Source: an uncultured delta proteobacterium
GTDB lineage: Bacteria; Myxococcota_A; Polyangia; Fen-1088
Length of the DNA: 64,000 bases
Direction of reading: 5' to 3'
Assembly (NCBI GenBank): GCA_963737265.1
Contig: CAVTRY010000011.1
Span: forward strand, 64,001-128,000
Of this stretch, positions 40,395-51,153 are shown in pieces. Made by a program: the position numbers and the translations under genes. The notes below the pieces were generated by a model. The model saw nothing but the letters and a program-made list of their open reading frames with translations. It did not search any database and was not told where the DNA came from. Numbering within the stretch: the stretch's first letter is position 1; the number at the start of each line of letters is the position of its first letter.

Positions 40395-40730
40395 CTAGAT
40401 CCCCATCCGCATGATTTCGTTGTAGGTGTCGACGAGCTTGTTGCGCACGCGCATGGCCAGGCGCATGGCTACGTCGGCCTTTTCCAGCGCGAGAGCCATT
40501 TCGTGGATGTTGCCGGCGCCGTGGGCGACGGCGGTGGCCTGCGTGTCGGCAGCGACTTGCAGCTTGTCGATCTCACCAATCGCCTTGCCGAGCTCGCCGC
40601 TGAACTGTCCGGCGGTCGCGGCGTCGGGGTTGGCGATGCTTCGTTCGCTCCGGTCGGCTCGGTCGAGCTGGCCGATGCGGGACGAGCTGGTGTCGATACT
40701 GGCTTGGCCGCTGTCGATGCGCAGGTTCAT
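40395..40730 (-). CDS. fliE: Hook-basal body protein FliE
   Basis: IHEMALALEKA..VRNKLVDTYNEIMRM. Confidence 0.94.
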   Translation of the reverse strand: MNLRIDSGQASIDTSSSRIGQLDRADRSERSIANPDAATAGQFSGELGKAIGEIDKLQVAADTQATAVAHGAGNIHEMALALEKADVAMRLAMRVRNKLVDTYNEIMRMGI

Positions 40731-40733
40731 GGG

Positions 40734-41162
40734 CTACTTCGTGATGTCGAGGCCACGCGAGGCCATTTGCTTGAGGGTTTCCACCGCGGTGGCGTTGGCT
40801 TCGAAGGCGCGTGAGGCCGACAGCAGATTGACGATTTCGCTGATCGGGTTGACGTTGGGGAACGTTACGAACCCGTCGGCGTCGGCGTCAGGGTGGCTCG
40901 GGCTGTAGACCTTCTTGCCCTGGGATGGATCGGAAACGATTTGCGACACACGCACGCCGAGCGGCGATTGCCCGACGGTGGGCGCTTCGTCCTGGGCGCC
41001 GATGCGCATCGATTCGAAGACCGGATCGAGGCGCTGATAGGCCTTGCCGTTCGGGCCGCGCGTCGTCTCGGCGTTGGCCAGGTTGGAGGACGCTAGGTTG
41101 ACACGCGTTCGCTCCGCCGAAAGGGCCGAACCACTTACATGCAACGCTGTCAGAAAGTCCAT
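40734..41162 (-). CDS. flgC: Rod protein FlgC
   Basis: SSNLANAETTR, HPDADADGFV..PNVN, ASRAFEAN. Confidence 0.95.
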   Translation of the reverse strand: MDFLTALHVSGSALSAERTRVNLASSNLANAETTRGPNGKAYQRLDPVFESMRIGAQDEAPTVGQSPLGVRVSQIVSDPSQGKKVYSPSHPDADADGFVTFPNVNPISEIVNLLSASRAFEANATAVETLKQMASRGLDITK

Positions 41163-41203
41163 GGCTACCTACTTCCCGTCATAAGGTTCGTCATTTGCTC
41201 GCA

Positions 41204-41632
41204 TCATCCGTTTCCGTCCGAGGCCACGTATTTCAAGATCGCCAGCTTCTTCCCGGCGGCACGTGCGCTGGCGCCGTATTGCAAGGCGTTTTCGGCCATC
41301 GACACCATGGTTCGATCGAGGTCCACGGTGTTGCCGTCGAATGAGGCTCCGCCCGCGGGCACGTCCACGATGGGCAGGTCTCGGGCAGCGATGCCGCCGT
41401 TCGTGCCGTTCGATCCCGCCGTGCCTAGCGTGGGCTCGGTGGGAAGCGACACGCCGCCGCTCGACTGGGCGGTTCCTTCGATGGCGGCCATGGTCGCGGC
41501 GAAATCGACGTCCTTGGGTTTGAAGTTCGGCGTGTCGACGTTGGCCACGTCGGCTGCCAGCACGTTTTCGCGCACCAGACGAACGTCGAGGGAGCGTTCG
41601 AGTTGCGCCAAGGTGGAGTCGAAGATCTTCAT
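41204..41632 (-). CDS. flgB: Rod protein FlgB
   Basis: [31 protein letters not shown]. Confidence 0.94.
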   Translation of the reverse strand: MKIFDSTLAQLERSLDVRLVRENVLAADVANVDTPNFKPKDVDFAATMAAIEGTAQSSGGVSLPTEPTLGTAGSNGTNGGIAARDLPIVDVPAGGASFDGNTVDLDRTMVSMAENALQYGASARAAGKKLAILKYVASDGNG

Positions 41633-42810
41633 GCTGCCGACTCCTCTTGCGATTCGCGTGCCACCTGCGTGGCACCCGTCATCGCGTCACGCCCGTGTCG
41701 CGGCAGAAGCTGCCCATCCGGTGCCAGAATTCCGGTTAGGCGCAGGGTCCGCACTTTGTTGCGCAAGGTGCGCAGGCTGATGCCGAGCAGTCGGGCCGCA
41801 TGGGTGCGATTTCCGCGCACGCGGCGAAGCGCCTCCAAGATTGCCATCTGCTCCAGCTCCGCCAATGCCAGTGGCAGCCCGGCCGGCATGGCGACCAGGA
41901 GACTTTCGTGGTCTTCGTTTGCCCTCGACGCGTCGTCATGCGCCAGCACATCCGCGCGCAGCGGGCGTTTGCAGGCCACGTCGCTTGCCGTTCCGCGAAT
42001 GGAGGCGATGCCCACGGCGGCCAGGGCAGCGGCGATGTGCCCGGCGGGCACCACCGTGCCATGGCAGCGAACCAGGGCGCGTTCGAGTACATTCGCCAGC
42101 TCGCGCACGTTGCCCGGAAAATCGTAAGCGAGGAGATTGGCGAGCGCCTCCGGGGCCAGGGTGGGCGCAGGCCGGCCGAGGCGCAGCGCGATTTCATCCG
42201 AAAGATAAGCGGCCAGCGCCGGGATGTCGGCGCGGTGCTGGCGCAAGGGTGGAAGAAAAATTGGGAAGACCGAGAGTCGGTAGTAAAGGTCGGCACGAAA
42301 TTGACCGCGCGCCACCATGGCGGCCAGGTCACGGTTCGACGTTGCGATGATGCGCACGTCGACCGGGATTGGCCGCGCGCCGCCTACGCGGTCGAGCTCG
42401 CGCTCCTGCAGCACGCGCAGAAGCTTGGCCTGCAGGGCAAGTGGCATCTCCGAAATCTCGTCGAGCAGAAGCGTGCCGCGGTCGGCTTGTTCGATACGGC
42501 CGAGGCGGCGGTCGGAGGCCCCGGTGAAGGAGCCCTTCTCGTGGCCAAAGAGCTCGCTTTCCAGCAACTCGCCGGGCAGGGCGGCGCAGTTGACGGCGAT
42601 CCACGGACCGGCGCTGCGCGGAGAGAGTCCGTGAATGTAGCGCGCGAAGACCTCTTTCCCGGTTCCGCTTTCGCCGAGCAGAAGCACGGTGGTGTTGGCG
42701 CGCGCGACGTCTTCGGCAGCGGCCAGCACGTCTTGCATGATCTGGGTTCCGCCGATGGGCGGCTCTGCGTCTGGCCGACGAGGGATCGGGAATGAAACGG
42801 CGTGGTTCAT
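41629..42810 (-). CDS. Sigma-54 enhancer-binding protein without an N-terminal regulatory domain (flagellar regulator)
   Basis: [34 protein letters not shown], Fis HTH; ATG overlaps the upstream stop (ATGA). Confidence 0.9.
   Translation of the reverse strand: MNHAVSFPIPRRPDAEPPIGGTQIMQDVLAAAEDVARANTTVLLLGESGTGKEVFARYIHGLSPRSAGPWIAVNCAALPGELLESELFGHEKGSFTGASDRRLGRIEQADRGTLLLDEISEMPLALQAKLLRVLQERELDRVGGARPIPVDVRIIATSNRDLAAMVARGQFRADLYYRLSVFPIFLPPLRQHRADIPALAAYLSDEIALRLGRPAPTLAPEALANLLAYDFPGNVRELANVLERALVRCHGTVVPAGHIAAALAAVGIASIRGTASDVACKRPLRADVLAHDDASRANEDHESLLVAMPAGLPLALAELEQMAILEALRRVRGNRTHAARLLGISLRTLRNKVRTLRLTGILAPDGQLLPRHGRDAMTGATQVARESQEESAA
41648..41663 (-). promoter_or_regulatory. Putative sigma-54 promoter of flgB
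   Basis: Minus strand TGGCAC-GCGAA-TCGCA. Confidence 0.65.
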
Positions 42811-44180
42811 GGCGACTCCGAAGCATTGTTCTGGGACTGGCGGGCACGTAGGGATCGCGACATTGCGGTGTAGGCCGCGGCCAAGTCGCGTGCCGCCTGG
42901 GCGGCCTCGGCCTCGTCGGCTTGGATGCCGCCATGTCCGTCGACGCCCAAGGTGGCGGCGGCTACCGCGGCCCAGCGTGGTCCCGTCAGGCGCTTGCGAC
43001 CGATGCGGCCGTCGGCATATTCGTAAAGCGTGCGCGCGCGGGCTGAATCCTGGGCGACCAGATACATTTCCGCCGAGCGCAGCAGGTGGTCGCCGATGGC
43101 ATCGACATCCGTGCCCTCGACCCACGGCACGCTGGCAGCGAGCAGATTGCCCGCGAAGAGTGGCGCGCCGATGGCCAGACATTTTTCGGCGGCGGCGCGC
43201 ACCATCTCGATGGCGAGGAAGCCTTCGGTGCGACCGGGCAGCGCCATGTAGGCCTCAACGGTCTCGACCGCGCCGTCGAGGTCGGGGAACTTCAGCGCGA
43301 AGAGCACGAGGCGGCGACAGAGCACGCGGGTATCGTCGTCGCACACGCGGGGGTTGGCGCGCATGGCTTCGATGAGAGCCGACATGGAATCCTTGACTGC
43401 GCCGATGTAGGCGTGGGCGCGTGCTCCACGCAGCAGCATTTCGCTGTGGAGCGGCTCGGGCAGCAGAGTGGCGTCGAACACCCGCTTGCGCATCTCGCCG
43501 AGGCAACCGCCGCCCATTTCGCACAGGCGCGCGGTCGCCAAGCGGCCGTAGCTGCCGAAGCGACCCGCCATGCGGTACCAGCCCGCCGCCGTTGTCGCAT
43601 CTCCGGTGCGCAGCGAGATGTCGCCCAAGCGCAGGGAGGCCAAACGCCGGTATTCACCGGTCAGCGCCTTGCGGAATTCCAGCGCTGCTTCGGTGAAGCG
43701 TCCGGCCTTGAAATGGCACTCACCGCGCGCAGGCGTGGTATCGCCGGGGCAGGCGCTGCCGAAGTGAAGCGCGATGGGATGATAGAAGAACCAGATCTGG
43801 TCGCCGTCCTCGTGCAAGGGCAGCCCGCGGACCTCGTGAATTTCGAGCACCGGTTTGCCACCCGTCTGATCGAGCCTGGCTTCGATGCGCGGCGTCCGGC
43901 ACTGAAGGACGACGGTGTTTGGCTCGCGGTGGATGTACGGGCAAAGCTGCGGGTCGCTGGCGAGGAAGCGCTGTTGGATAGCGCGCGTGTCGGACGTCGT
44001 CGTCAAGTCGATGCGCATGGCCAACGAGTCCACCGACAGAACCACGCGGCTGATCGGAACCGCCAGGGGAAGCCGCTCAATGGCCGCCACCGTCGACACC
44101 CGCTCGCTCTCCGGACTGTCCGGCGAATCGCCAGAAGGAAAACCGCCAAGCGCGACGAGAAGGGTGACGAGCTGGAACAT
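42807..44180 (-). CDS. Exported TPR-like hypothetical protein
   Basis: Hydrophobic N-terminus, TPR-like helices ([23 protein letters not shown]), Cys-rich. Confidence 0.65.
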   Translation of the reverse strand: MFQLVTLLVALGGFPSGDSPDSPESERVSTVAAIERLPLAVPISRVVLSVDSLAMRIDLTTTSDTRAIQQRFLASDPQLCPYIHREPNTVVLQCRTPRIEARLDQTGGKPVLEIHEVRGLPLHEDGDQIWFFYHPIALHFGSACPGDTTPARGECHFKAGRFTEAALEFRKALTGEYRRLASLRLGDISLRTGDATTAAGWYRMAGRFGSYGRLATARLCEMGGGCLGEMRKRVFDATLLPEPLHSEMLLRGARAHAYIGAVKDSMSALIEAMRANPRVCDDDTRVLCRRLVLFALKFPDLDGAVETVEAYMALPGRTEGFLAIEMVRAAAEKCLAIGAPLFAGNLLAASVPWVEGTDVDAIGDHLLRSAEMYLVAQDSARARTLYEYADGRIGRKRLTGPRWAAVAAATLGVDGHGGIQADEAEAAQAARDLAAAYTAMSRSLRARQSQNNASESP

Positions 44181-44195
44181 GCTGGTGTCGCCTTA

Positions 44196-44211
44196 TGCAG
44201 CCATCGTGCCG
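44196..44211 (-). promoter_or_regulatory. Putative sigma-54 promoter of the TPR-activator operon
   Basis: Minus strand CGGCAC-GATGG-CTGCA. Confidence 0.6.
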
Positions 44212-44446
44212 GTCGGCATTTCGAGGGACTGTCGGATCTTGCCCAGGCAGAAAAGGCCCAGTGTTCGCGCCGGTTCAGCTCCAGCATGGGCAGCCATTCG
44301 TTGCCTGCTTGATCCGTGCTGGCCAGGTTGGGTGTCAGGCCCGTGTCGCGCCGGAGCCGTCGCGCTGCTGGCGCGTCACCCCCCTGTCGCGGTGACGGCC
44401 TGCCCCAACACTGGTAGTCTTGCCGCCGAAAATGACAGGAGGACCC

Positions 44447-45235
44447 ATGGGCAAGTCAGGACAAACCGCTCTCATTACTGGCGCCTCGGCGGGACTCGGC
44501 CGCGAATTCGCCCGACTCGCCGCACGCGACGGACACGATTTGGTGCTAGTCGCCCGGCGGCTCTACCGCCTCGACGAGCTGGCCGGCGAGCTGACCGCTG
44601 CTCATGGTGTCGCGGTGCTCAGCGTGGCGGTTGACTTGGAAGACAAGACGGCGGCGCGGCAGATCGCAGAGCAAGTGCAGTCCGCCGGAATGACGATCGA
44701 TCTTCTGATCAACAACGCCGGCTTTGGCTCGCATGGAACCTTTGCGCGCTCGGAGCTCGGCCGCGAGCTTGGGATCATCGATGTGAACGTGCGGGTTTTG
44801 GTTGAGCTGACGCATCTCTTTTTGCCGGGAATGCTCGATCGCCGGCGCGGGCGCGTCTTGAACGTTGCCTCGGTGGCCGGGTTCGTGCCCGGCCCGTTCA
44901 TGGCCACCTACTACGCCAGCAAGGCGTTCGTTCTCAGCTTCACCGAAGCGCTGACCTACGAGTTACGCGGCACCGGCGTTACCGCGACGGCTGCCTGTCC
45001 CGGCCCTACCGCCACCGAATTTGGGACTGTAGCAAAAAGCGAGCGAACGAATCTCTTCCGCGGCGTTCCGGCCGATGCCGCCGCCGTTGCTCGCCACGGC
45101 TATCGGGCGATGCTGGCGGGCAAGGTTGTGGCCGTTCCGGGGATTAAGAACAAGCTCACCGCGCAATCGATCCGGGTTGGCCCGCGCGCGGTCGTGCGCA
45201 GGATCTCCGCCCACCTGAACCGGGTACCAAGCTAG
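44447..45235 (+). CDS. Short-chain dehydrogenase/reductase
   Basis: TGASAGLG, NNAG, YYASK; AGGAGG RBS. Confidence 0.92.
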   Translation: MGKSGQTALITGASAGLGREFARLAARDGHDLVLVARRLYRLDELAGELTAAHGVAVLSVAVDLEDKTAARQIAEQVQSAGMTIDLLINNAGFGSHGTFARSELGRELGIIDVNVRVLVELTHLFLPGMLDRRRGRVLNVASVAGFVPGPFMATYYASKAFVLSFTEALTYELRGTGVTATAACPGPTATEFGTVAKSERTNLFRGVPADAAAVARHGYRAMLAGKVVAVPGIKNKLTAQSIRVGPRAVVRRISAHLNRVPS

Positions 45236-45250
45236 CGGGCAGGGGATCCG

Positions 45251-46145
45251 CTACGGCTTCAACTTTGGCAGGGACGGAAACGACGTCGCCGGCAAGAGCA
45301 CGCGGACCGGCGGAATCTCGCCGCGCTTGCGTGCGCGGGCGATCCATTCGATGGCCACGCCCGAGGCAGGGGGATTGATCACGGTCGCCTTCAGTCGCCC
45401 CTCGCGAACCAGGCGCTGGCCGAAGGTTTGCGATCCGTCGCACCCCGTGATGGGGGCGCCGCCAACCGGCAGGTCGCTTCGGCTGTCAAAGTCGCGCAGT
45501 GCCTGTCGCACGCCCAAGGCCATTTCGTCGTTGTGGGCCACGACCATGACGGGCAAATCTTCCTGCGCCGTGATGCCGCTAACCCAGCGTTCGACCGCCA
45601 TGCGTGCGCCTTCCGCGGTCCAGTCGGCATTCAATTCGATGAGATCGAACTTGCTGCCGAGCGTCTGCTTCAAACCGTCCAGGCGCTTCAGCGCGGACAG
45701 ATTACGAAGGTTGCCCGTGACACACAAGACCCGACCGGCGGTGGCGATGAGAGTTGTAACCTGCTCGGCCTGGATTCGGCCAATTTCGATCTGGTCGCAG
45801 GTGACCGCGAAAACTGCCCGGTTGGGATGCCGGGCGCGTACCTCGTCGATAAAGCCTCCCTCGTTGAGCAGTGCCCACTCCAAGCCGGCCTCGGCGGCTT
45901 CGTGGGCGACAGGAGCCAGCTCCTCGTCGTGTACGCCACTGGCCAGAATCGCGACAAGGTTGGTGGCGGCGGCTGTCTTGATGGCCTCGCGAATCTGGGC
46001 GACCTGTTCGAGCGGCATCGAATTGTGCCGACTCCACCAGGATGTCGAATCCGTGTTTCTTCGCCTCGCGCAGACCGACTTCCTTCAGCCGCCGCTGATA
46101 GTCGTTGTCGATGCTGCGGAGAAACAACCCAATGGTACCCAACAT
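45251..46145 (-). CDS. RbsB/LacI-type sugar-binding-fold protein, no signal peptide; +1 frameshift near 46010
   Basis: IGLFLRSIDNDYQ.., DQIEIGRIQA, ADWT, AHNDEMALG, ITGCDG, LKATV. Confidence 0.75.
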
Positions 46146-46190
46146 CCGATCATTTTCGCACGAAAGCGGGCTCGTCGCCGATACAGTTCT

Positions 46191-47247
46191 TCAGCAGATC
46201 CTCGGCAATTGCTCGCCGCTGTGCATGTCGAGGATGCGCTTGGTGCCGATGCGGCTTTGCAGGGTGACCAAGGCGGCGGGCGATTCGGACACGGTGCCGA
46301 TGCGGACTGCGGTCGAGGAGACCGGGTGCTGTCGCAGGATTTGTAACGCGTGCTCGGCTTGCGCCGCCGGCACGAATGCCACGAAGCGACCTTCGTTGGC
46401 AAGGTAAAGCGGGTCGAGTCCGAGAATTTCGCACGCGCCGCAAACGTTCTCCTCGACGGCGATGTGGCGTTCCACGATGTCGATGTGAAGCCGGCTGGAC
46501 TCGGCGATTTCAATCAGGCTGGTGGCGAGGCCGCCGCGGGTTAGATCGCGCAGACAGTGGACTGGGATACGCGCGGCGAGCAGGTCAAGCACGGGATCGA
46601 CCAGCGGCGCGCAGTCGGTCTCGATGGTGGTTTCGAAACTGCAGGCCTTCACGCACGGCCATAATGGCCACGCCGTGGCGGCCGACGTCGCCGCTGAGCA
46701 GAATGGCGTCTCCCGGGCGCACGCTGGTGGGGGCAACGACAAGGTCGTGTTCGATGACTCCGATGCCGGCGGTGTTGACGAACAGCCCATCGCCCTTGCC
46801 CTTGTCCACGACCTTGGTGTCGCCGGTGACGATATTCACGCGCGCAGCCTGGGCGGTTCGGGCCATGGACGCCACGACCCGTTCAAGGGTTGCGATGGGC
46901 AGCCCTTCTTCCAAGATGAAACCGGCGCTAAGACACAGCGGCCGGGCACCACACATGGCCAGATCGTTGACCGTGCCTGTGACGGCCAGGGTGCCGATAT
47001 CGCCGCCCGGAAAAAACAGCGGGTGCACGACATAGGAATCGGTGGTGAAGGCCAGCCTGCCTTTGCCGGCGTCCATCACCGCACCGTCGTGACGCGATTC
47101 TAGGGGCTGGTTGCCCAAGGCGGGCAGAATGGTGCGTTCGAGCAGAGCGTGCATCATGCGCCCGCCGCCGCCATGGGCGAGAGTCACGAAGTCGCGCTGG
47201 GCGATGGGAACCGGGCAGCTTGCGGTGAAGGAAACTGGGTCGGCCAT
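46191..47247 (-). CDS. hypE: Hydrogenase maturation protein HypE; +1 frameshift near 46636 in this sequence
   Basis: [29 protein letters not shown]; second frame [17 protein letters not shown]-terminal PRIC. Confidence 0.92.
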
Positions 47248-47249
47248 CC

Positions 47250-48376
<1,127 letters not shown>

Positions 48377-48380
<4 letters not shown>

Positions 48381-48625
48381 GGTTGTTTGTCGAGCTCGCC
48401 GAGCTCGCCGATTTGGCGGAAGTACTCGAGGGTCAATGCGGCCTCGTGCTCGTCGACGACGCTGATGGCGAAGCCCGCGTGGACGAGGACGTAGTCGCCG
48501 ACCTTGGCATCGGGAACGAAGGCCAAACACGCCTCTTTGGTCACGCCACCAAAGCTGACCCTGCCCGTGCGCGCGGTGTCTTCGCCGACGATGCTGAGGA
48601 TTTTCCCGGGAACCGCCAGACACAT
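48377..48625 (-). CDS. hypC: Hydrogenase chaperone HypC
   Basis: [17 protein letters not shown]. Confidence 0.96.
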
Positions 48626-48628
48626 GGT

Positions 48629-50920
48629 CTAGTCCTTCCTGTGTGCCGCCATGACCTGCCCCAGGGCGATGCCGCCATCGTTGGGCGGAACGCGCTGGTG
48701 CCAGTACGGACGATAACCCGTGTCGAGCAAACGCGAAACCATGCGTTCGGTCAGAAAGCGGTTTTGAAAGCAGCCGCCGCTGAGCACGACGTTCTTCTCG
48801 CCGAGTCGCGTCGCGACGTCCACTGCCATCTCGACCAGGGTGTTGTGGAAGCGTGCGGACGCAAGCGCAGCAGGAACTGCGGGCTCGGCCAGGAGTGCTC
48901 GGATGGCCGGCGCCCAATCGACGATAAGTGTGTCCTTTTCGGGTCGCACGACAAAGGGATAGCAGGCATCCTCTTTTGTGTCGGCCAAGGCAAACTCCAG
49001 CTCCATGGCGGCCTGTCCTTCGAAGCTGGCCACCTGGCGCAGATTGAGCAGCGATGCGATGCCGTCGAACAGGCGTCCCGCGCTGGTCGTGATGGGGGCG
49101 TTGAGCCGCCTTTGCAGCATGGTTTGCAGCGCTGCAAGCTCTGTCGGTGAAAACGATCGCAGCGCCGGTACATCGAAGGCGAAGGCGTCGTCAGCGAAAA
49201 TTTCGTAAAGTAGGGCCATCGCCACGCGCCTCGGCTCACGCACGGCCTTGGCGTTACCGGGTAGCCGAAATGGGCGCAGGTGTGCGACCCGGCGAAAACC
49301 CGTGCGGGTGACGTGCAGAAATTCGCCGCCCCACACCGTGCCGTCGGAGCCCATGCCGCTGCCGTCCCACGCAATCCCAAGCACGGGCGGTCGCAAGTGG
49401 TTTTCGGCCATGCATGCCAGGATATGAGCGTGGTGATGTTGGACCGCCACAACCCGCAGCCCCGACTGGCGAGCGTGTTGGCTAGACAGGTAGTCGGGGT
49501 GCAGGTCGCAGGCGATGGTGTCGGGCGTGAATTCGTACAGGCTTTGGAAGGCGCCGATCACTGCGCGAAATGCGGCATAGGCTCCCTCGGTCGCGAGGTC
49601 GCCGATGTGTTGGCTGATGAAAACCTGCGAGCCGACCGCTGCCGCAATGGTGCTTTTTTGATGTCCGCCAACCGCCAGAATCGGTGGCAGATCGCCGTCC
49701 GCTTGGATGGGCAGCGGGGCGAAGCCACGCGCGCGGCGGAGCACCAACTCGCGCCCGCACACCTCGCGCACCACCGAGTCGTCCACGTGTCGCAAGATCG
49801 GACGGTCGTGGACGAGAAAGAAATCGGCGATGCCGCGCAGGCGCGCGGCGGCGTCATGCTCGTCGGTGCAGATCGGTTCTTCGGCAAGGTTGCCGCTGGT
49901 TGCGACGACCAGGAAGCCGAGATCGCGCATCAGCAGATGGTGCAGCGGCGAGCTCGGCAACATCACACCCAGGGTGGGGTTGCCCGGTGCGATGGACGGC
50001 GCGAGATCAGTCGCGCCAGGCAAGCGCCGCAGCAGAACGATGGGACACTCGGGCGATCGCAGCAGACGGCGTTCGACGTCCGAAGCCGAACAATGTTGCA
50101 ACGCCTGTGTGATTGACGGCGCCAGCAGCGCGAATGGCTTTTCCTCGCGTCGCTTGCGCAGGCGAAGTTGCCGTACGGTGTCTTCCTTGCGCGCATCCAC
50201 CATGAGGTGAAAACCGCCGATCCCTTTCACCGCCACGATTTTGCCCGCGCGAATCGCATCCGCGGTTGCCATGAGCGCCGAGTCGGCTTTGCAAATTTCA
50301 ACGCCGTCGTGATTCCACAAGGCAAGCTGCGGGCCGCAGGCCGCGCAAGCGTTTGGCTGGGCGTGAAAGCGCCGATCCGTGGGATCGTGATATTCGCGCG
50401 AGCACTCGCCGCACATCGCGAAGCGATTCATGGTGGTGGCCGCGCGGTCGTAGGGCAGGGCGGCGATGATGCTGAAGCGCGGGCCGCAATGGGTGCAGTT
50501 GGTGAAGGGATAGCGATAGCGACGGTTCGCCGGATCGAACACCTCGGCCAGGCAAGCCGGGCAGGTCGCTAAATCGGGAAGAACCAGGACTCGTTTTTCG
50601 CCCCCCGTGCTGGCACGAATTGCGAAATCGGCGTACCCCACCGGATCGAGATAGGTGGCCTCCAGACTCTGGATGAGCGCGATGTCCGGTTTGTCGCTCT
50701 CCAGCCGCCGCACGAACTCCCACACGACGGACTGTGGACCTTCGGCCTCGATGAAGACTCCCGCCGCCGAGTTGTTCACCCAACCGCCAAGCCCCAGATC
50801 GCGCGCGAGCCTGAACACGAACGGTCGAAATCCCACGCCTTGAACCGCGCCACGAATGGCGACATGCGCGCGGATGGCACCGGAGTCTGGCTGATGGTCA
50901 GGCACCGCCACAATGTACAA
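48629..50920 (-). CDS. hypF: Carbamoyltransferase HypF
   Basis: [12 protein letters not shown], CxxC zinc fingers, [16 protein letters not shown]; exact start uncertain. Confidence 0.96.
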   Translation of the reverse strand: MYIVAVPDHQPDSGAIRAHVAIRGAVQGVGFRPFVFRLARDLGLGGWVNNSAAGVFIEAEGPQSVVWEFVRRLESDKPDIALIQSLEATYLDPVGYADFAIRASTGGEKRVLVLPDLATCPACLAEVFDPANRRYRYPFTNCTHCGPRFSIIAALPYDRAATTMNRFAMCGECSREYHDPTDRRFHAQPNACAACGPQLALWNHDGVEICKADSALMATADAIRAGKIVAVKGIGGFHLMVDARKEDTVRQLRLRKRREEKPFALLAPSITQALQHCSASDVERRLLRSPECPIVLLRRLPGATDLAPSIAPGNPTLGVMLPSSPLHHLLMRDLGFLVVATSGNLAEEPICTDEHDAAARLRGIADFFLVHDRPILRHVDDSVVREVCGRELVLRRARGFAPLPIQADGDLPPILAVGGHQKSTIAAAVGSQVFISQHIGDLATEGAYAAFRAVIGAFQSLYEFTPDTIACDLHPDYLSSQHARQSGLRVVAVQHHHAHILACMAENHLRPPVLGIAWDGSGMGSDGTVWGGEFLHVTRTGFRRVAHLRPFRLPGNAKAVREPRRVAMALLYEIFADDAFAFDVPALRSFSPTELAALQTMLQRRLNAPITTSAGRLFDGIASLLNLRQVASFEGQAAMELEFALADTKEDACYPFVVRPEKDTLIVDWAPAIRALLAEPAVPAALASARFHNTLVEMAVDVATRLGEKNVVLSGGCFQNRFLTERMVSRLLDTGYRPYWHQRVPPNDGGIALGQVMAAHRKD

Positions 50921-50950
50921 GACTATTCGAATAAAAGATCGCCGGGGGGC

Positions 50951-50979
50951 TTGCCAACTCGCTCGGGATTCGCTATTTT
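50951..50979 (+). promoter_or_regulatory. Putative sigma-70 promoter of the hox operon
   Basis: TTGCCA-N17-TATTTT in the hypF/hoxF divergent region. Confidence 0.4.
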
Positions 50980-51153
50980 TTCACGTGCGCAGTGCTTGCG
51001 CCATGGATAGCTGGCTCGTGTTGTAGGGCAGCGGCAGCAGTATGGTTGTTTGAGAAGTCAGTCCGGGTCGCGCAGCCGAAGGGCGTGGACATGTGTCCCG
51101 ACGCGGTCTGGGCGTGTCGTCCGACTCGACGAGAGTCAGAAGCGGAAAAAGCC

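Noticed and set aside
50969-50986. Rex-like site TTCGCTATTTTTTCACGT before hoxF
   Set aside because: Left half is weak and the spacing is one base short; not supportable
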